In this document: one piece after another, positions 1-10,562 of the stretch
Layout of the letters: every line of letters begins with the position of its first letter
Numbering within the stretch: the stretch's first letter is position 1
Assembly (NCBI GenBank): GCA_040752415.1
Contig: JBFMGU010000158.1
Location: 1 to 25,309 of the forward strand
From: Myxococcota bacterium
GTDB lineage: Bacteria; Myxococcota; JACRCW01
Reading direction: 5' to 3'
DNA: 25,309 nucleotides
Position numbers and translations under genes: made by a program
The notes under the pieces: generated by a model
Told to the model about the DNA's origin: nothing
What the model saw: the letters and a program-made list of their open reading frames with translations, nothing else
The model's database searches: none

Positions 1-2360
<2,360 letters not shown>

Positions 2361-2366
2361 AACCGC

Positions 2367-2394
2367 CGTCCACGTCGGAGCTCCGGCGTGGACG
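2367..2394 (+). other. Strong intergenic hairpin between infB and the DUF503 gene
   Basis: CGTCCACGTCGG-agct-CCGGCGTGGACG: 12-bp stem with one G-U pair, no U-tract. Confidence 0.55.
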
Positions 2395-2409
2395 CCGTGA
2401 CACAACAAC

Positions 2410-2694
2410 ATGGTTCTTGGAGTTCTTGAGCTGACGCTCACCTTCTACGCGGAGTCCCTCAAGGACAAGCGCAGCGTGGTCAAGCGCGTCATCAATCGGT
2501 GCCAGCAGAAGTTCAACGTGGCCGTGGCGGAGGTGGAGGAGAACGACGTCATCAACACCGCGGTGCTGGGCTTTGTCACCGTGGGCAATGACGCCCGTTT
2601 CATCCGCAGCGTCATGGACAAGCTGGTCAACTTCGTTGACGAGCTGGAGCTGGCGGAAATCGTGGACCAGGAGCTCCAGGTGGAGCATTGGTGA
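2410..2694 (+). CDS. DUF503 / YlxP-like protein
   Basis: 94 aa with SLKDKRSVV...KFNVAVAEV signature; conserved position between infB and rbfA. Confidence 0.9.
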   Translation: MVLGVLELTLTFYAESLKDKRSVVKRVINRCQQKFNVAVAEVEENDVINTAVLGFVTVGNDARFIRSVMDKLVNFVDELELAEIVDQELQVEHW

Positions 2695-2698
2695 CGTC

Positions 2699-3217
2699 AT
2701 GGGCAAAGGCGGCAGAGGACCAGGCGGCGGCAGCCACAGGCCGGAACGGGTGGGAGAGACCATCCGGGAGGTGCTGGCGGAGCGCCTGGTCCGCGGCCTG
2801 AAGACGCCTGGCGTGGGCTTCTGCACCATCACCGGTGTGGAGGTCACGCCGGACATGTCCCACGCCAAGGTCTTTGTCTCGGTGTACGGCAGCGCCGCGG
2901 AGCGGGAAGGCACGCTCAAGGCCCTCAACCGCGCGTCCAGCTACCTGCGCGGGGAGGTGAGCCGCGCGCTGCGCATGAAGGTCACCCCCACGCTGGTCTT
3001 CCACTACGACGAGAGCCTGGACCGCGCCGCCCGCGTGGATGCTGCGCTCAAGCGTGCGCTGGAGGAGGATAGGGCGCTGGCGGCCCAGCGTGGGGAGGGG
3101 GCACCCTCCGACGCACAAGGAGACGGCCATGGAAAGAGCACCCCAGCCCCAGACGGCCAAGACGGAGGAGGAGGCAAGGACCGGGGTCGCAACGCGGGCG
3201 CACGACGGGGCAGCTGA
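2699..3217 (+). CDS. rbfA: Ribosome-binding factor A with a low-complexity C-terminal tail
   Basis: RPERVGETIREVLA, TITGVEVTPDMSHAKVFVS, LRMKVTPTLVFHYDESL. ATG at 2699, 4 nt after the DUF503 stop; infB-rbfA-truB synteny. Confidence 0.95.
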   Translation: MGKGGRGPGGGSHRPERVGETIREVLAERLVRGLKTPGVGFCTITGVEVTPDMSHAKVFVSVYGSAAEREGTLKALNRASSYLRGEVSRALRMKVTPTLVFHYDESLDRAARVDAALKRALEEDRALAAQRGEGAPSDAQGDGHGKSTPAPDGQDGGGGKDRGRNAGARRGS

Positions 3218-4226
3218 GCCCGCCGCTGCCCACGTGGCGGATGCCATGGCCGCGGTGCTGTTGGCGTCGCGCCGGGTGCTGGTGACGGGGCACGCGGACC
3301 CGGATGGCGACGTGGCGGGCGGGTGCAGCGCCCTGTTCTGCGCGCTCCGTCGGCTGGGGAAGGACGTGGTGGTGTTCAACCCGGACCCGTTTCCGCCGGG
3401 CTACCGCCATCTCCCCGGCGCGGAGGCCCTGGTCCACCGCCTCCCCGACGACGCCCACTTCGACGCCACCGTGATCCTGGATGCCGCGCAGCGCGTGCGC
3501 GTGGACGCGTTCCTCCCGCGTGCGGCGGCCGACCGCGGCAAGGTGCTCTGGATTGACCATCACCCGCTGATCGCTCCGTCGGGTGACCTGGAGTGGGTCG
3601 ACGAGGACGCCTCCTCCATGGGGGAGATGCTCTTCCACCTCATTCCGCTGCTCGGCGTGCGGGTGGACCGCGAGATCGGGATGGGCCTCTACGCCAGCCT
3701 CCTCGCCGACACCGGCGGCTTCCGCTACGAGTCCACCACCACCGCGGCGCTGCGCCTGGCCGCCAGTCTCCTCGAGGCGGGCGTGCACCCCTGGGAGGTG
3801 GCGGAGCAGGTCTATGAGCGACAGCCGGTGGAGCGCGTGATGCTGCTCTCCCGCGTGCTCTCCACGCTGCGCCTCAGTGGGAGCGGCCGGTTTGCCTCGG
3901 TGGTGGTCCGGGAGCGCGACCTCACGGAGACGGGCGCCACCGCCGCCATGACCGACGGAATGATCAACCACGCGCGCGGCATCGACGGGGTGGAGATGGC
4001 CGGGCAGCTGGAGGAGCTGGGCGCGGAGCGGTGGCGGGTCACGTTGCGCTCGCGCGGGGGGATGGAGGCGGGGGCGGTGAGCAAGCTGCTGGGGGAGCGC
4101 GGCCACCGCTTTGGCGCGTGTTTCGTGCGCACGGGTCCGCTGGACACGGTGCGCGCGGAGCTGGAGCGCGCCGTCGACGACGTGGCGAACACCCTGGGCC
4201 TTCCGCCCGCATCCCCGGACCGATGA
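3129..4226 (+). CDS. nrnA: DHH/DHHA1 phosphoesterase (NrnA-like nanoRNase / pAp phosphatase)
   Basis: GHADPDGD, WIDHH and DTGGFRY motifs; AAGGAG at 3117-3122 ahead of ATG 3129 (alternative ATG near 3246); lies between rbfA and truB as in many Deltaproteobacteria. Confidence 0.88.
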   Translation: MERAPQPQTAKTEEEARTGVATRAHDGAAEPAAAHVADAMAAVLLASRRVLVTGHADPDGDVAGGCSALFCALRRLGKDVVVFNPDPFPPGYRHLPGAEALVHRLPDDAHFDATVILDAAQRVRVDAFLPRAAADRGKVLWIDHHPLIAPSGDLEWVDEDASSMGEMLFHLIPLLGVRVDREIGMGLYASLLADTGGFRYESTTTAALRLAASLLEAGVHPWEVAEQVYERQPVERVMLLSRVLSTLRLSGSGRFASVVVRERDLTETGATAAMTDGMINHARGIDGVEMAGQLEELGAERWRVTLRSRGGMEAGAVSKLLGERGHRFGACFVRTGPLDTVRAELERAVDDVANTLGLPPASPDR

Positions 4227-5134
4227 AGCTGCAGGAACAAGGCGCTTACCTGGTGGTGGACAAGCCCGTGGGCCCCACCAGCCATGACGTGGTGGCCCAG
4301 GCGCGCCGGGCCCTGGGCACGCGTGACGTGGGGCATGCGGGCACGTTGGACCCGTTTGCCAGCGGCGTGCTGGTGCTGTTGGTGGGCGCCGCCACGCGCC
4401 TGGCCGACGTGGTGGGCGAGGGCACCAAGCGCTACCGCGCGGAAGCCCTGCTGGGCGTGGAGACCACCACCGACGACCTCACCGGCGAGCCCACCTTCCG
4501 CTCCGACGCCGACGTTTCCGACGAGGCGCTGCTCGGCGCGCTGGACGCGCTGACCGGGCATCAACTGCAGGTCCCGCCGGCGTACAGCGCCAAGCACGTG
4601 GGCGGTCGACGCGCGTATGAGCTGGCGCGGGCGGGTGAGCAGGTGGCGCTGAAGCCGGCGGAGGTCCACGTGGAGGACATTGCGCTGGTGGCCCGCGACG
4701 GACGGAAGGTGATCTTCGACGTCACCTGCGGCCGCGGCACGTACATCCGCGCGCTGGCGCGTGACCTGGGCCGTGCCCTCGGCGTGGGCGCCCACCTCAC
4801 CGCGCTGCGACGCACCGCCGTGGGGCCCTGCACCGCGGAGCGCGCCACGCCGCTGGCCGAGCTGGCACCGTCCAAGCTGGGCTCCGCGGCGGAGCTGGGC
4901 ACGCTGCTGCCCCACGTGCGGGTTCCCCCCTCCGACGTCACCCGCCTCATCCAGGGCGGCGCGTTCCGCGGGGGGACGGTGGGGACCACGCCGTGGCCCG
5001 CGGGCACGTCGGGCGTGGTGCTCTCCGACGCGGGCCTGCTCGCCGTGGGCCGCAGCACCGCCACGCTGGCGCCGGGTGAGCCGGTGGGCCCGGCGCAGGT
5101 CACGCTGGGACGCCGGTTCCCGTCTCTGTCGTGA
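4223..5134 (+). CDS. truB: tRNA pseudouridine(55) synthase
   Basis: DKPVGPTSHDVV, VGHAGTLDPFASG (catalytic Asp), QVPPAYSAK, GTYIRALARDLG. ATGA overlap with the upstream stop. Confidence 0.96.
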   Translation: MKLQEQGAYLVVDKPVGPTSHDVVAQARRALGTRDVGHAGTLDPFASGVLVLLVGAATRLADVVGEGTKRYRAEALLGVETTTDDLTGEPTFRSDADVSDEALLGALDALTGHQLQVPPAYSAKHVGGRRAYELARAGEQVALKPAEVHVEDIALVARDGRKVIFDVTCGRGTYIRALARDLGRALGVGAHLTALRRTAVGPCTAERATPLAELAPSKLGSAAELGTLLPHVRVPPSDVTRLIQGGAFRGGTVGTTPWPAGTSGVVLSDAGLLAVGRSTATLAPGEPVGPAQVTLGRRFPSLS

Positions 5135-5143
5135 AATGCCGTC

Positions 5144-6622
5144 TCAGGCGGCGATCTGGAACTGCAGGATGGGATGGACCTCACCCATGTCATGCAGCTC
5201 TTCCAGCGCGCGCACCACGTCGCCATCCAGGTGCGTGTTGCGCCAGTTGCGGATCATGTCCAGCGCCACGTCGGGCGGGGAGGCCTCGCGGTAGGGGCGG
5301 CGGCTGGTCAGCGCATCCATGACGTCGGCCACGGCCACCACGCGCGCTTCCATGGGGATCTCCAGCCCCTTGAGCCCGTCCGGGTAGCCCTTGCCGTCCA
5401 TGCGCTCGTGGTGGTGGCGGATCATGCTGAGCGCGCACTGCAGGCTCGTGACGTCCTTGAGGATCTCGTAGCCCAGCGTGGTGTGCACCTTGATGAGCTC
5501 GCGCTCCTCCGCGGTGAGTGGGCCCGGCTTGAGCAGGATGTCGTCGCGCACGCCGATCTTGCCGATGTCATGCAGCAGCGCGCCCACCCGGATGGCCTCA
5601 CACTGCGACTCCGGCAGGGCCATGTGCCGCGCCAGGCGCACGCTGAGCGTGGAGACGCGGTCGGTGTGGCCGGCGGTGTAGCTGTCGCGTGCTTCCAGGG
5701 CCCGGATGATGGCCTCCAGCACCTGGAACTGGGTGCGCTCCAGCTGGACCTCCTTCGCGCGCAGGTCGCGGTTGGAGGCCATCAGCTCGTGCATCAGCAC
5801 GCCGTAGCGACGGCGACGGTTGCGCTCCGCGTTGGCCCGCGTCACCCGCGCGGTGAGCTCCTTGGGGTCCACCGGCCGCTCCAGGAACGCCAGCGCACCG
5901 GCATTCACCGCCGCCATGACGGCGTGCGCGCTGGGAGCGCTGGCCATGACCACCACCTGCAGGTCCTTGTCCACCGCCAGCGCCGCCCGCATGACCTCCA
6001 GGCTGCTCAGCCCCGCAATGGACAGGTCCAGCACCAACACGTCCACGGTGGTGCTCATCAGGCGCAGTGCGGCCTGGTCTCCGCTGGTGACCAGCGTGAC
6101 GGCAAAACCCGCGCGCTCCAGGTCGGCCTTCAGGGGCGTGGCGTGGTCCTGGTCCCCGTCGGCCATCAGCACCATGGGCAGCCCGGTGAGGCCCGTGCCG
6201 CTCTTCTGCGCCTCCCGCAGCGCCGCCACCTGCGCTTTGAGCTCCGCCTCCTCCCCCCTGTCCCGCACCAGCTTCAGCACGGTGTTCTTCATCTCCACCG
6301 GCTTCAGCGGCTTGCCGAAGAAGCGGTGGATCTCACCCCGGTTCACCGCGCTGACCACGTTGTCGTAGCTGTGGTGCGCGGTGATGAGCACGCGCACGGC
6401 GTGGGGCGCGCGCTCCCGCGTGGCGTCCAGCACGTCAATGCCCGTGCAGCCCGGCATCATGTGGTCGGCCACCACGGCGTCGGGGCTGATGCGCTGCAGC
6501 GCGTTGACGGCCTCGGTCCCGTCGCGCGCCTGCACCACCTCAAAGTCCGCGCGGAAGGCGCGGCTGAGGAGCTCGCGCACGGCGGCGTCGTCGTCAGCCA
6601 AGAGGAGGAGCGGCTTTCCCAC
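5144..6622 (-). CDS. Response regulator with two receiver domains and a C-terminal HD-GYP cyclic-dinucleotide phosphodiesterase
   Basis: REC1 (LADDD...ADHMMPG...GKP), REC2 (MADGD...LDL...ERP), helical linker, then YTAGH, LHDIGK, HHHERMDGKGYPDGL, ADVMDALTSRRPYR. Start taken as GTG 6622 (track uses TTG 6631). Confidence 0.92.
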   Translation of the reverse strand: MGKPLLLLADDDAAVRELLSRAFRADFEVVQARDGTEAVNALQRISPDAVVADHMMPGCTGIDVLDATRERAPHAVRVLITAHHSYDNVVSAVNRGEIHRFFGKPLKPVEMKNTVLKLVRDRGEEAELKAQVAALREAQKSGTGLTGLPMVLMADGDQDHATPLKADLERAGFAVTLVTSGDQAALRLMSTTVDVLVLDLSIAGLSSLEVMRAALAVDKDLQVVVMASAPSAHAVMAAVNAGALAFLERPVDPKELTARVTRANAERNRRRRYGVLMHELMASNRDLRAKEVQLERTQFQVLEAIIRALEARDSYTAGHTDRVSTLSVRLARHMALPESQCEAIRVGALLHDIGKIGVRDDILLKPGPLTAEERELIKVHTTLGYEILKDVTSLQCALSMIRHHHERMDGKGYPDGLKGLEIPMEARVVAVADVMDALTSRRPYREASPPDVALDMIRNWRNTHLDGDVVRALEELHDMGEVHPILQFQIAA

Positions 6623-6693
6623 GTTGCACAACCCCGGCCCCGGGTGGGGCGTTTTTCGGCGGGCAGACTACCAGTGCGCTCGGCGGAAGTTCA

Positions 6694-7380
6694 CTAGAAG
6701 TTCAAGCGGATGCGCTCGGGCGGCACACCCAGCTCCGTGAGACGACTGGTCGCTTGCTTGACCATGGCCGGGACACCGCAGAGGAACGCCACCGTGCGCT
6801 CGTAGGGGAACGCGCCAGGCTGAAGCGCGTCCACCAGCCACCCACGCGCGTGCCGGTCCGCCAACTCGCCCTGGCTCACAAACACCCGCACCTCCGCCTG
6901 GCCCCGCTCCTGGTACGCGCGCAGCTCCGGCAGGAACGCCAGCTCCTCCAGGAAGCGACCACCGTAGAGCAGCGTGGGACGAAGCTTCAGCGCCACCAGC
7001 GCGGACATCAGCGGCCTCACCGGGGCAATGCCGCTGCCCGTGGCGCAGAGCAGGGGCGCGGTGCCCTCCGAGAGGTCGGTCACCCGGAAGCCCGCGCCCT
7101 GGGGCGCCGTGACGTCCAACGGGGTGCCTTCCGGGGCCTGCAGGAGCCAGTCGGCCACCGCGCCCCCTTCCTTCACCAGGAGCTCCAGGGCGCTGCCGGG
7201 CTGGTTGGCCAGGGCAAAGAACGCGTCTCCCGCGGGCGTGCGCACTTTCACGAACTGTCCGGGGGTGGTGTAGGCGGCCAGGACGTCCCCGGCCAACCCA
7301 AGGGTCAGGAGCGCCTGGCTCCGCGCCACCGGTCGCCGGCTCCAGCGGGGCACCCGGTGCCAGGCGTTCTCCACGTCCAT
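6694..7380 (-). CDS. FAD/NAD(P)-binding oxidoreductase, ferredoxin-reductase (FNR)-like
   Basis: PGQFVKV, ATGSGIAP, FLCGVPAMV and C-terminal aromatic residue (RLNF); no Fe-S cysteine cluster. Start uncertain (7380 or 7392). Confidence 0.82.
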   Translation of the reverse strand: MDVENAWHRVPRWSRRPVARSQALLTLGLAGDVLAAYTTPGQFVKVRTPAGDAFFALANQPGSALELLVKEGGAVADWLLQAPEGTPLDVTAPQGAGFRVTDLSEGTAPLLCATGSGIAPVRPLMSALVALKLRPTLLYGGRFLEELAFLPELRAYQERGQAEVRVFVSQGELADRHARGWLVDALQPGAFPYERTVAFLCGVPAMVKQATSRLTELGVPPERIRLNF

Positions 7381-7540
7381 GGGCCAGGCCATGCCATGGC
7401 ACCCCACCCCGCGCAACTTGCGCGCGAAGGAAGCGGGGAAGGGGCTGCGGCGTTAGATCCGGCGGCCGCGCTTGTCCCCGGCTCGCCAGTCTGGTAGGCG
7501 GGCAGATCCTCCCTCCCGCCTTGTGCGGGCAGGGGGAAAA

Positions 7541-7626
7541 CCACACGCGCCCGGTGCGAGGTGGGGGTCCCTGGAGTCCAGGGCCTAGCTCGCGAAGTCC
7601 CCGAGGCGCGGAGGAACCAACCCCCC
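7541..7626 (+). ncRNA. rpsB 5' leader (S2 leader / t44-like cis-regulatory RNA)
   Basis: CCACACGCGCC...GGGGGT-CCCTGG(agt)CCAGGG...GGCGCGGAGG-AACCAACCCC. Outer stem 7546-7551/7605-7610, inner GCGAG/CTCGC, and GGGGGT (7563-7568) complementary to ACCCCC (7620-7625), matching the known S2-leader pseudoknot. Directly upstream of rpsB. Confidence 0.8.
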
Positions 7627-7693
7627 AGGGCGTTGCGACGCCCTCGGGTCCGCCCGGAGCGGGCCCGTTGCAGAAGCAGTCTGGAGAGCAGTC

Positions 7694-8563
7694 ATGTCCG
7701 CAATCACCATGCAGCAGATGTTGGAGGCCGGCGCCCACTTCGGGCACCAGACCCGCCGCTGGAACCCCAAGATGAAGCCGTACATCTGGGGCGCGCGCAA
7801 CGGCATCTACATCATTGACCTCCGTCAGACGCTGGGCATGTTCCGCAATGCCCTGCAGTTCCTGACCAACACCACCGCGCGTGGTGAGAAGGTGCTCTTC
7901 ATTGGCACCAAGAAGCAGGCCCAGGAGCCCATTGCCGAGGAGGCGCAGCGCGCCGGTCAGTTCTTCGTGCACAACCGCTGGCTCGGCGGCATGCTCACCA
8001 ACTTCAAGACCATCAAGGGCTCCATCGACCGGCTCAAGCAGATCGACAAGATGGCCACCGACGGCACCTTCGAGCGCCTCCCCAAGAAGGAGGTCCTCAA
8101 GCTGACCCGTGAGAAGACCAAGCTGGAGAAGAACCTGCTGGGCATCAAGGAGATGAACCGGCTGCCCGGCGCGGTCTTCGTGATCGACCCCAAGAAGGAG
8201 CACATTGCCGTCGAGGAGGCGCGTCGCCTGGGCATCCCGATTGTGGGCCTGGTGGACACCAACTGCGATCCCGAGGGCATTGAGTACGTCATCCCGGCCA
8301 ATGACGACGCCATCCGCTCCATCCGCCTGTTCACCTCCAAGGTGGCCGAGGCGTGCATGGAAGGCGCGGCGGTGTGGGCCGAGAAGCAGGCCGCGCGTGG
8401 CGCCGAGGGCGAGGAGAAGGGCGGGGCCGAGGCTGCCGAGGAGAAGAAGCCCGAGGAGCGGCCGCGTCGGCGTGGCCCGCGCGTGGAAGTGGTCAAGCGC
8501 CAGGGCAACATGGGCACGGACACCGACGACGGCGCCGAGTCCCTGCCCGAGGCCCAGGCGTAA
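7694..8563 (+). CDS. rpsB: 30S ribosomal protein S2
   Basis: [47 protein letters not shown] upstream; charged C-terminal extension. Confidence 0.99.
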   Translation: MSAITMQQMLEAGAHFGHQTRRWNPKMKPYIWGARNGIYIIDLRQTLGMFRNALQFLTNTTARGEKVLFIGTKKQAQEPIAEEAQRAGQFFVHNRWLGGMLTNFKTIKGSIDRLKQIDKMATDGTFERLPKKEVLKLTREKTKLEKNLLGIKEMNRLPGAVFVIDPKKEHIAVEEARRLGIPIVGLVDTNCDPEGIEYVIPANDDAIRSIRLFTSKVAEACMEGAAVWAEKQAARGAEGEEKGGAEAAEEKKPEERPRRRGPRVEVVKRQGNMGTDTDDGAESLPEAQA

Positions 8564-8667
8564 GCGGCCCTCCCGCAACGTCAACCCGCGGGCGCGGACG
8601 CCGGGGCCCATGCCTGACGGCGTGGCGCACCAACCGGCCCGCGGGCCTCCTGCTTGCAGACAACCCA

Positions 8668-8708
8668 GGGCATCCGGCGGCGCACGTGCTGCCGGCGCCC
8701 ACCTTTTT
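8668..8708 (+). terminator. Intrinsic terminator / attenuator-like hairpin between rpsB and tsf
   Basis: GGGC-at-CCGGCGGC-gcacgt-GCTGCCGG-c-GCCC followed by accTTTTT. Confidence 0.5.
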
Positions 8709-8757
8709 CACATTGAGATGGCGGCCGTGGGCCGCATGATTGCACGGAGACGGACAC

Positions 8758-9411
8758 ATGGTTTCAGCGGACGCGGTCAAGGATCTGCGCGCCAAGACGG
8801 GCGCCGGGATGATGGATTGCAAGAAGGCCCTGTCGGAGTCCGGCGGGGACATGGACAAGGCCATTGAGTGGCTCCGCAAGAAGGGGCTCTCCAGCGCCGC
8901 CAAGAAGGCCGGCCGCGTGGCCACCGAGGGCGCCGTGGGCAGCTACATCCACATGGGCGGCAAGATCGGCGTCCTGGTGGAGGTCAACTGCGAGACGGAC
9001 TTTGCCGCCAAGAACGAGGAGTTCGTGGAGCTGGTCCGCGACGTGGCCATGCACATCGCCGCCACCGCGCCCAAGTACGTGCGTCGTGAGGAGGTCCCCG
9101 AGGCCGAGCTCCAGAAGGAGAAGGAGATCGCCATCGAGGTGGCCCGCAAGGAGGGCAAGCCGGAGAAGGTCCTCGAGAAGATCGCCCAGGGCAAGGTGGA
9201 GAAGTACTACGAGCAGGTCTGCCTCATGGACCAGAAGTTCGTGAAGGACCCGGACAAGACCATTGCCCAGCTGGTGACCGACAAGGTGGCCAAGGTGGGC
9301 GAGAACATGACCATCCGCCGCTTCGCCCGCTTTGTGCTGGGTGAGGGCATTGAGAAGAAGACCGGTGACTTTGCCGCTGAGGTTGCCGCGGCCGCCGGTA
9401 CGCAGAGCTGA
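8758..9411 (+). CDS. tsf: Elongation factor Ts, short form (217 aa)
   Basis: [38 protein letters not shown] at 8746-8749; rpsB-tsf synteny. Confidence 0.98.
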   Translation: MVSADAVKDLRAKTGAGMMDCKKALSESGGDMDKAIEWLRKKGLSSAAKKAGRVATEGAVGSYIHMGGKIGVLVEVNCETDFAAKNEEFVELVRDVAMHIAATAPKYVRREEVPEAELQKEKEIAIEVARKEGKPEKVLEKIAQGKVEKYYEQVCLMDQKFVKDPDKTIAQLVTDKVAKVGENMTIRRFARFVLGEGIEKKTGDFAAEVAAAAGTQS

Positions 9412-9424
9412 AGTGGGATGTGAC

Positions 9425-9459
9425 GCGGCGTCCTGACGCTACCTCCGTCGGGGCGCCGC
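9425..9459 (+). terminator. Hairpin just after tsf, possible terminator
   Basis: GCGGCGTCCTGACG-ctacctc-CGTCGGGGCGCCGC: 14-bp stem with two G-U pairs; no U-tract. Confidence 0.4.
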
Positions 9460-9487
9460 GCCGCGCGCTGCAGAGCACGCCCGAATC

Positions 9488-10537
9488 ATGCATGTCCTCC
9501 TGCTGGCGGTGGGGCTGGTGTTGACGGCGTTGGGGCCGTTGGCTCCCCTCGTCGTGGGCGGCGGCAAGCAGGTCGTCCAGCTGCTGGACCTGGGGCTGGA
9601 TGGCGTGGAGCCGCGCGTCACGCTGCAGGAGGTGACCGTGCTGGCCCCTTCGCCCATCCGCGTCACCGGGCTGGGCCCCACGCTGGTGGAGCTGCGGGCA
9701 CCGGTGGCCTACCGCGCGCACGTGGAAGAGGCCGTGCGGAAGGCCTCCCGGCCAGCGTCGCCTGCGCTGGAATGTACCACCAACGACGAGGCATGCCTCC
9801 ACCAGATGCTTCGCACCCGTCCGCTCTACAACCGCGCCGCCGGTCCGCTGGACGCGCTGGTGGAGGTGGAGCAGCCCGCTTCTCGCGGCGTGTGGCTGCT
9901 GGGAATGCTGGTGGGCCTGGTGGGGCTGGCGTTGACCGTGTTGAGCCTGGCCCGCTGGCGCGGCCTTGAAGGCGGCACGCTGTGGAGCGCCGTGCTGGGC
10001 ACCGCGGTGGCGGGTGGCCTGGTGGGTGGTAGCGGCGGGTGGATGCTGGCCTCTCGCGTGCACCAGGGAATGGTGGTGCGCCCCGCGTACCGTCCGCTTC
10101 TGGACACGCCGCCGGGCGCCGTCGACCACATCAACAGCGCGCACAACGCGTCTGGCCGCATCCAGTCGCCGGCGTTTCTCGACGGGCTGCGCGTCACGGT
10201 ACGCGGCACCCCGGACACCCTCAGCGTGCTGCTTCACGCGGAGGCCGAAGGGCTGGACCAGCTGCGCGCGCTGGAGCTCCGAGTGCGCGAGCACGTGATC
10301 CTTCCGGAGCAGGAGGCGGTGGCGGACTTCCTGGCGGCCGCGGAGCGCGTGGTGGACGTCACCAGCGGCGTGGCCCGGGACCGACTGCTTCAATCCGCCC
10401 AGCAGGTGAGTCCGCCGTATCTCAGCATGGGCGAGTTGGAGCCGGAGAGCCGCGGCCCGGTACGTTCTGGCGCGGCGGGGGCCCTGGCAGGCGCGCTGCT
10501 GGGCTGGGCGGCGCTGAGCCGTCGCTCTCGTCGCTGA
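9488..10537 (+). CDS. Hypothetical membrane protein, 4 predicted TM segments, possibly two tandem Wzz/PCP-like modules
   Basis: 349 aa with GC3-rich codons. Hydrophobic stretches at about aa 1-22, 135-155, 165-188 and 328-343 flank two soluble loops. Confidence 0.7.
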   Translation: MHVLLLAVGLVLTALGPLAPLVVGGGKQVVQLLDLGLDGVEPRVTLQEVTVLAPSPIRVTGLGPTLVELRAPVAYRAHVEEAVRKASRPASPALECTTNDEACLHQMLRTRPLYNRAAGPLDALVEVEQPASRGVWLLGMLVGLVGLALTVLSLARWRGLEGGTLWSAVLGTAVAGGLVGGSGGWMLASRVHQGMVVRPAYRPLLDTPPGAVDHINSAHNASGRIQSPAFLDGLRVTVRGTPDTLSVLLHAEAEGLDQLRALELRVREHVILPEQEAVADFLAAAERVVDVTSGVARDRLLQSAQQVSPPYLSMGELEPESRGPVRSGAAGALAGALLGWAALSRRSRR

Positions 10538-10562
10538 CGCTGACCACCCACCGCCGACGTCC

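Noticed and set aside
6668..8611. 647-aa minus-strand ORF, and similar long antisense ORFs at 5174-6697, 9224-10858, 10874-12484 and 12804-14726
   Set aside because: Shadow frames of well-supported genes; high GC3 suppresses stops on the opposite strand; no recognisable motifs.
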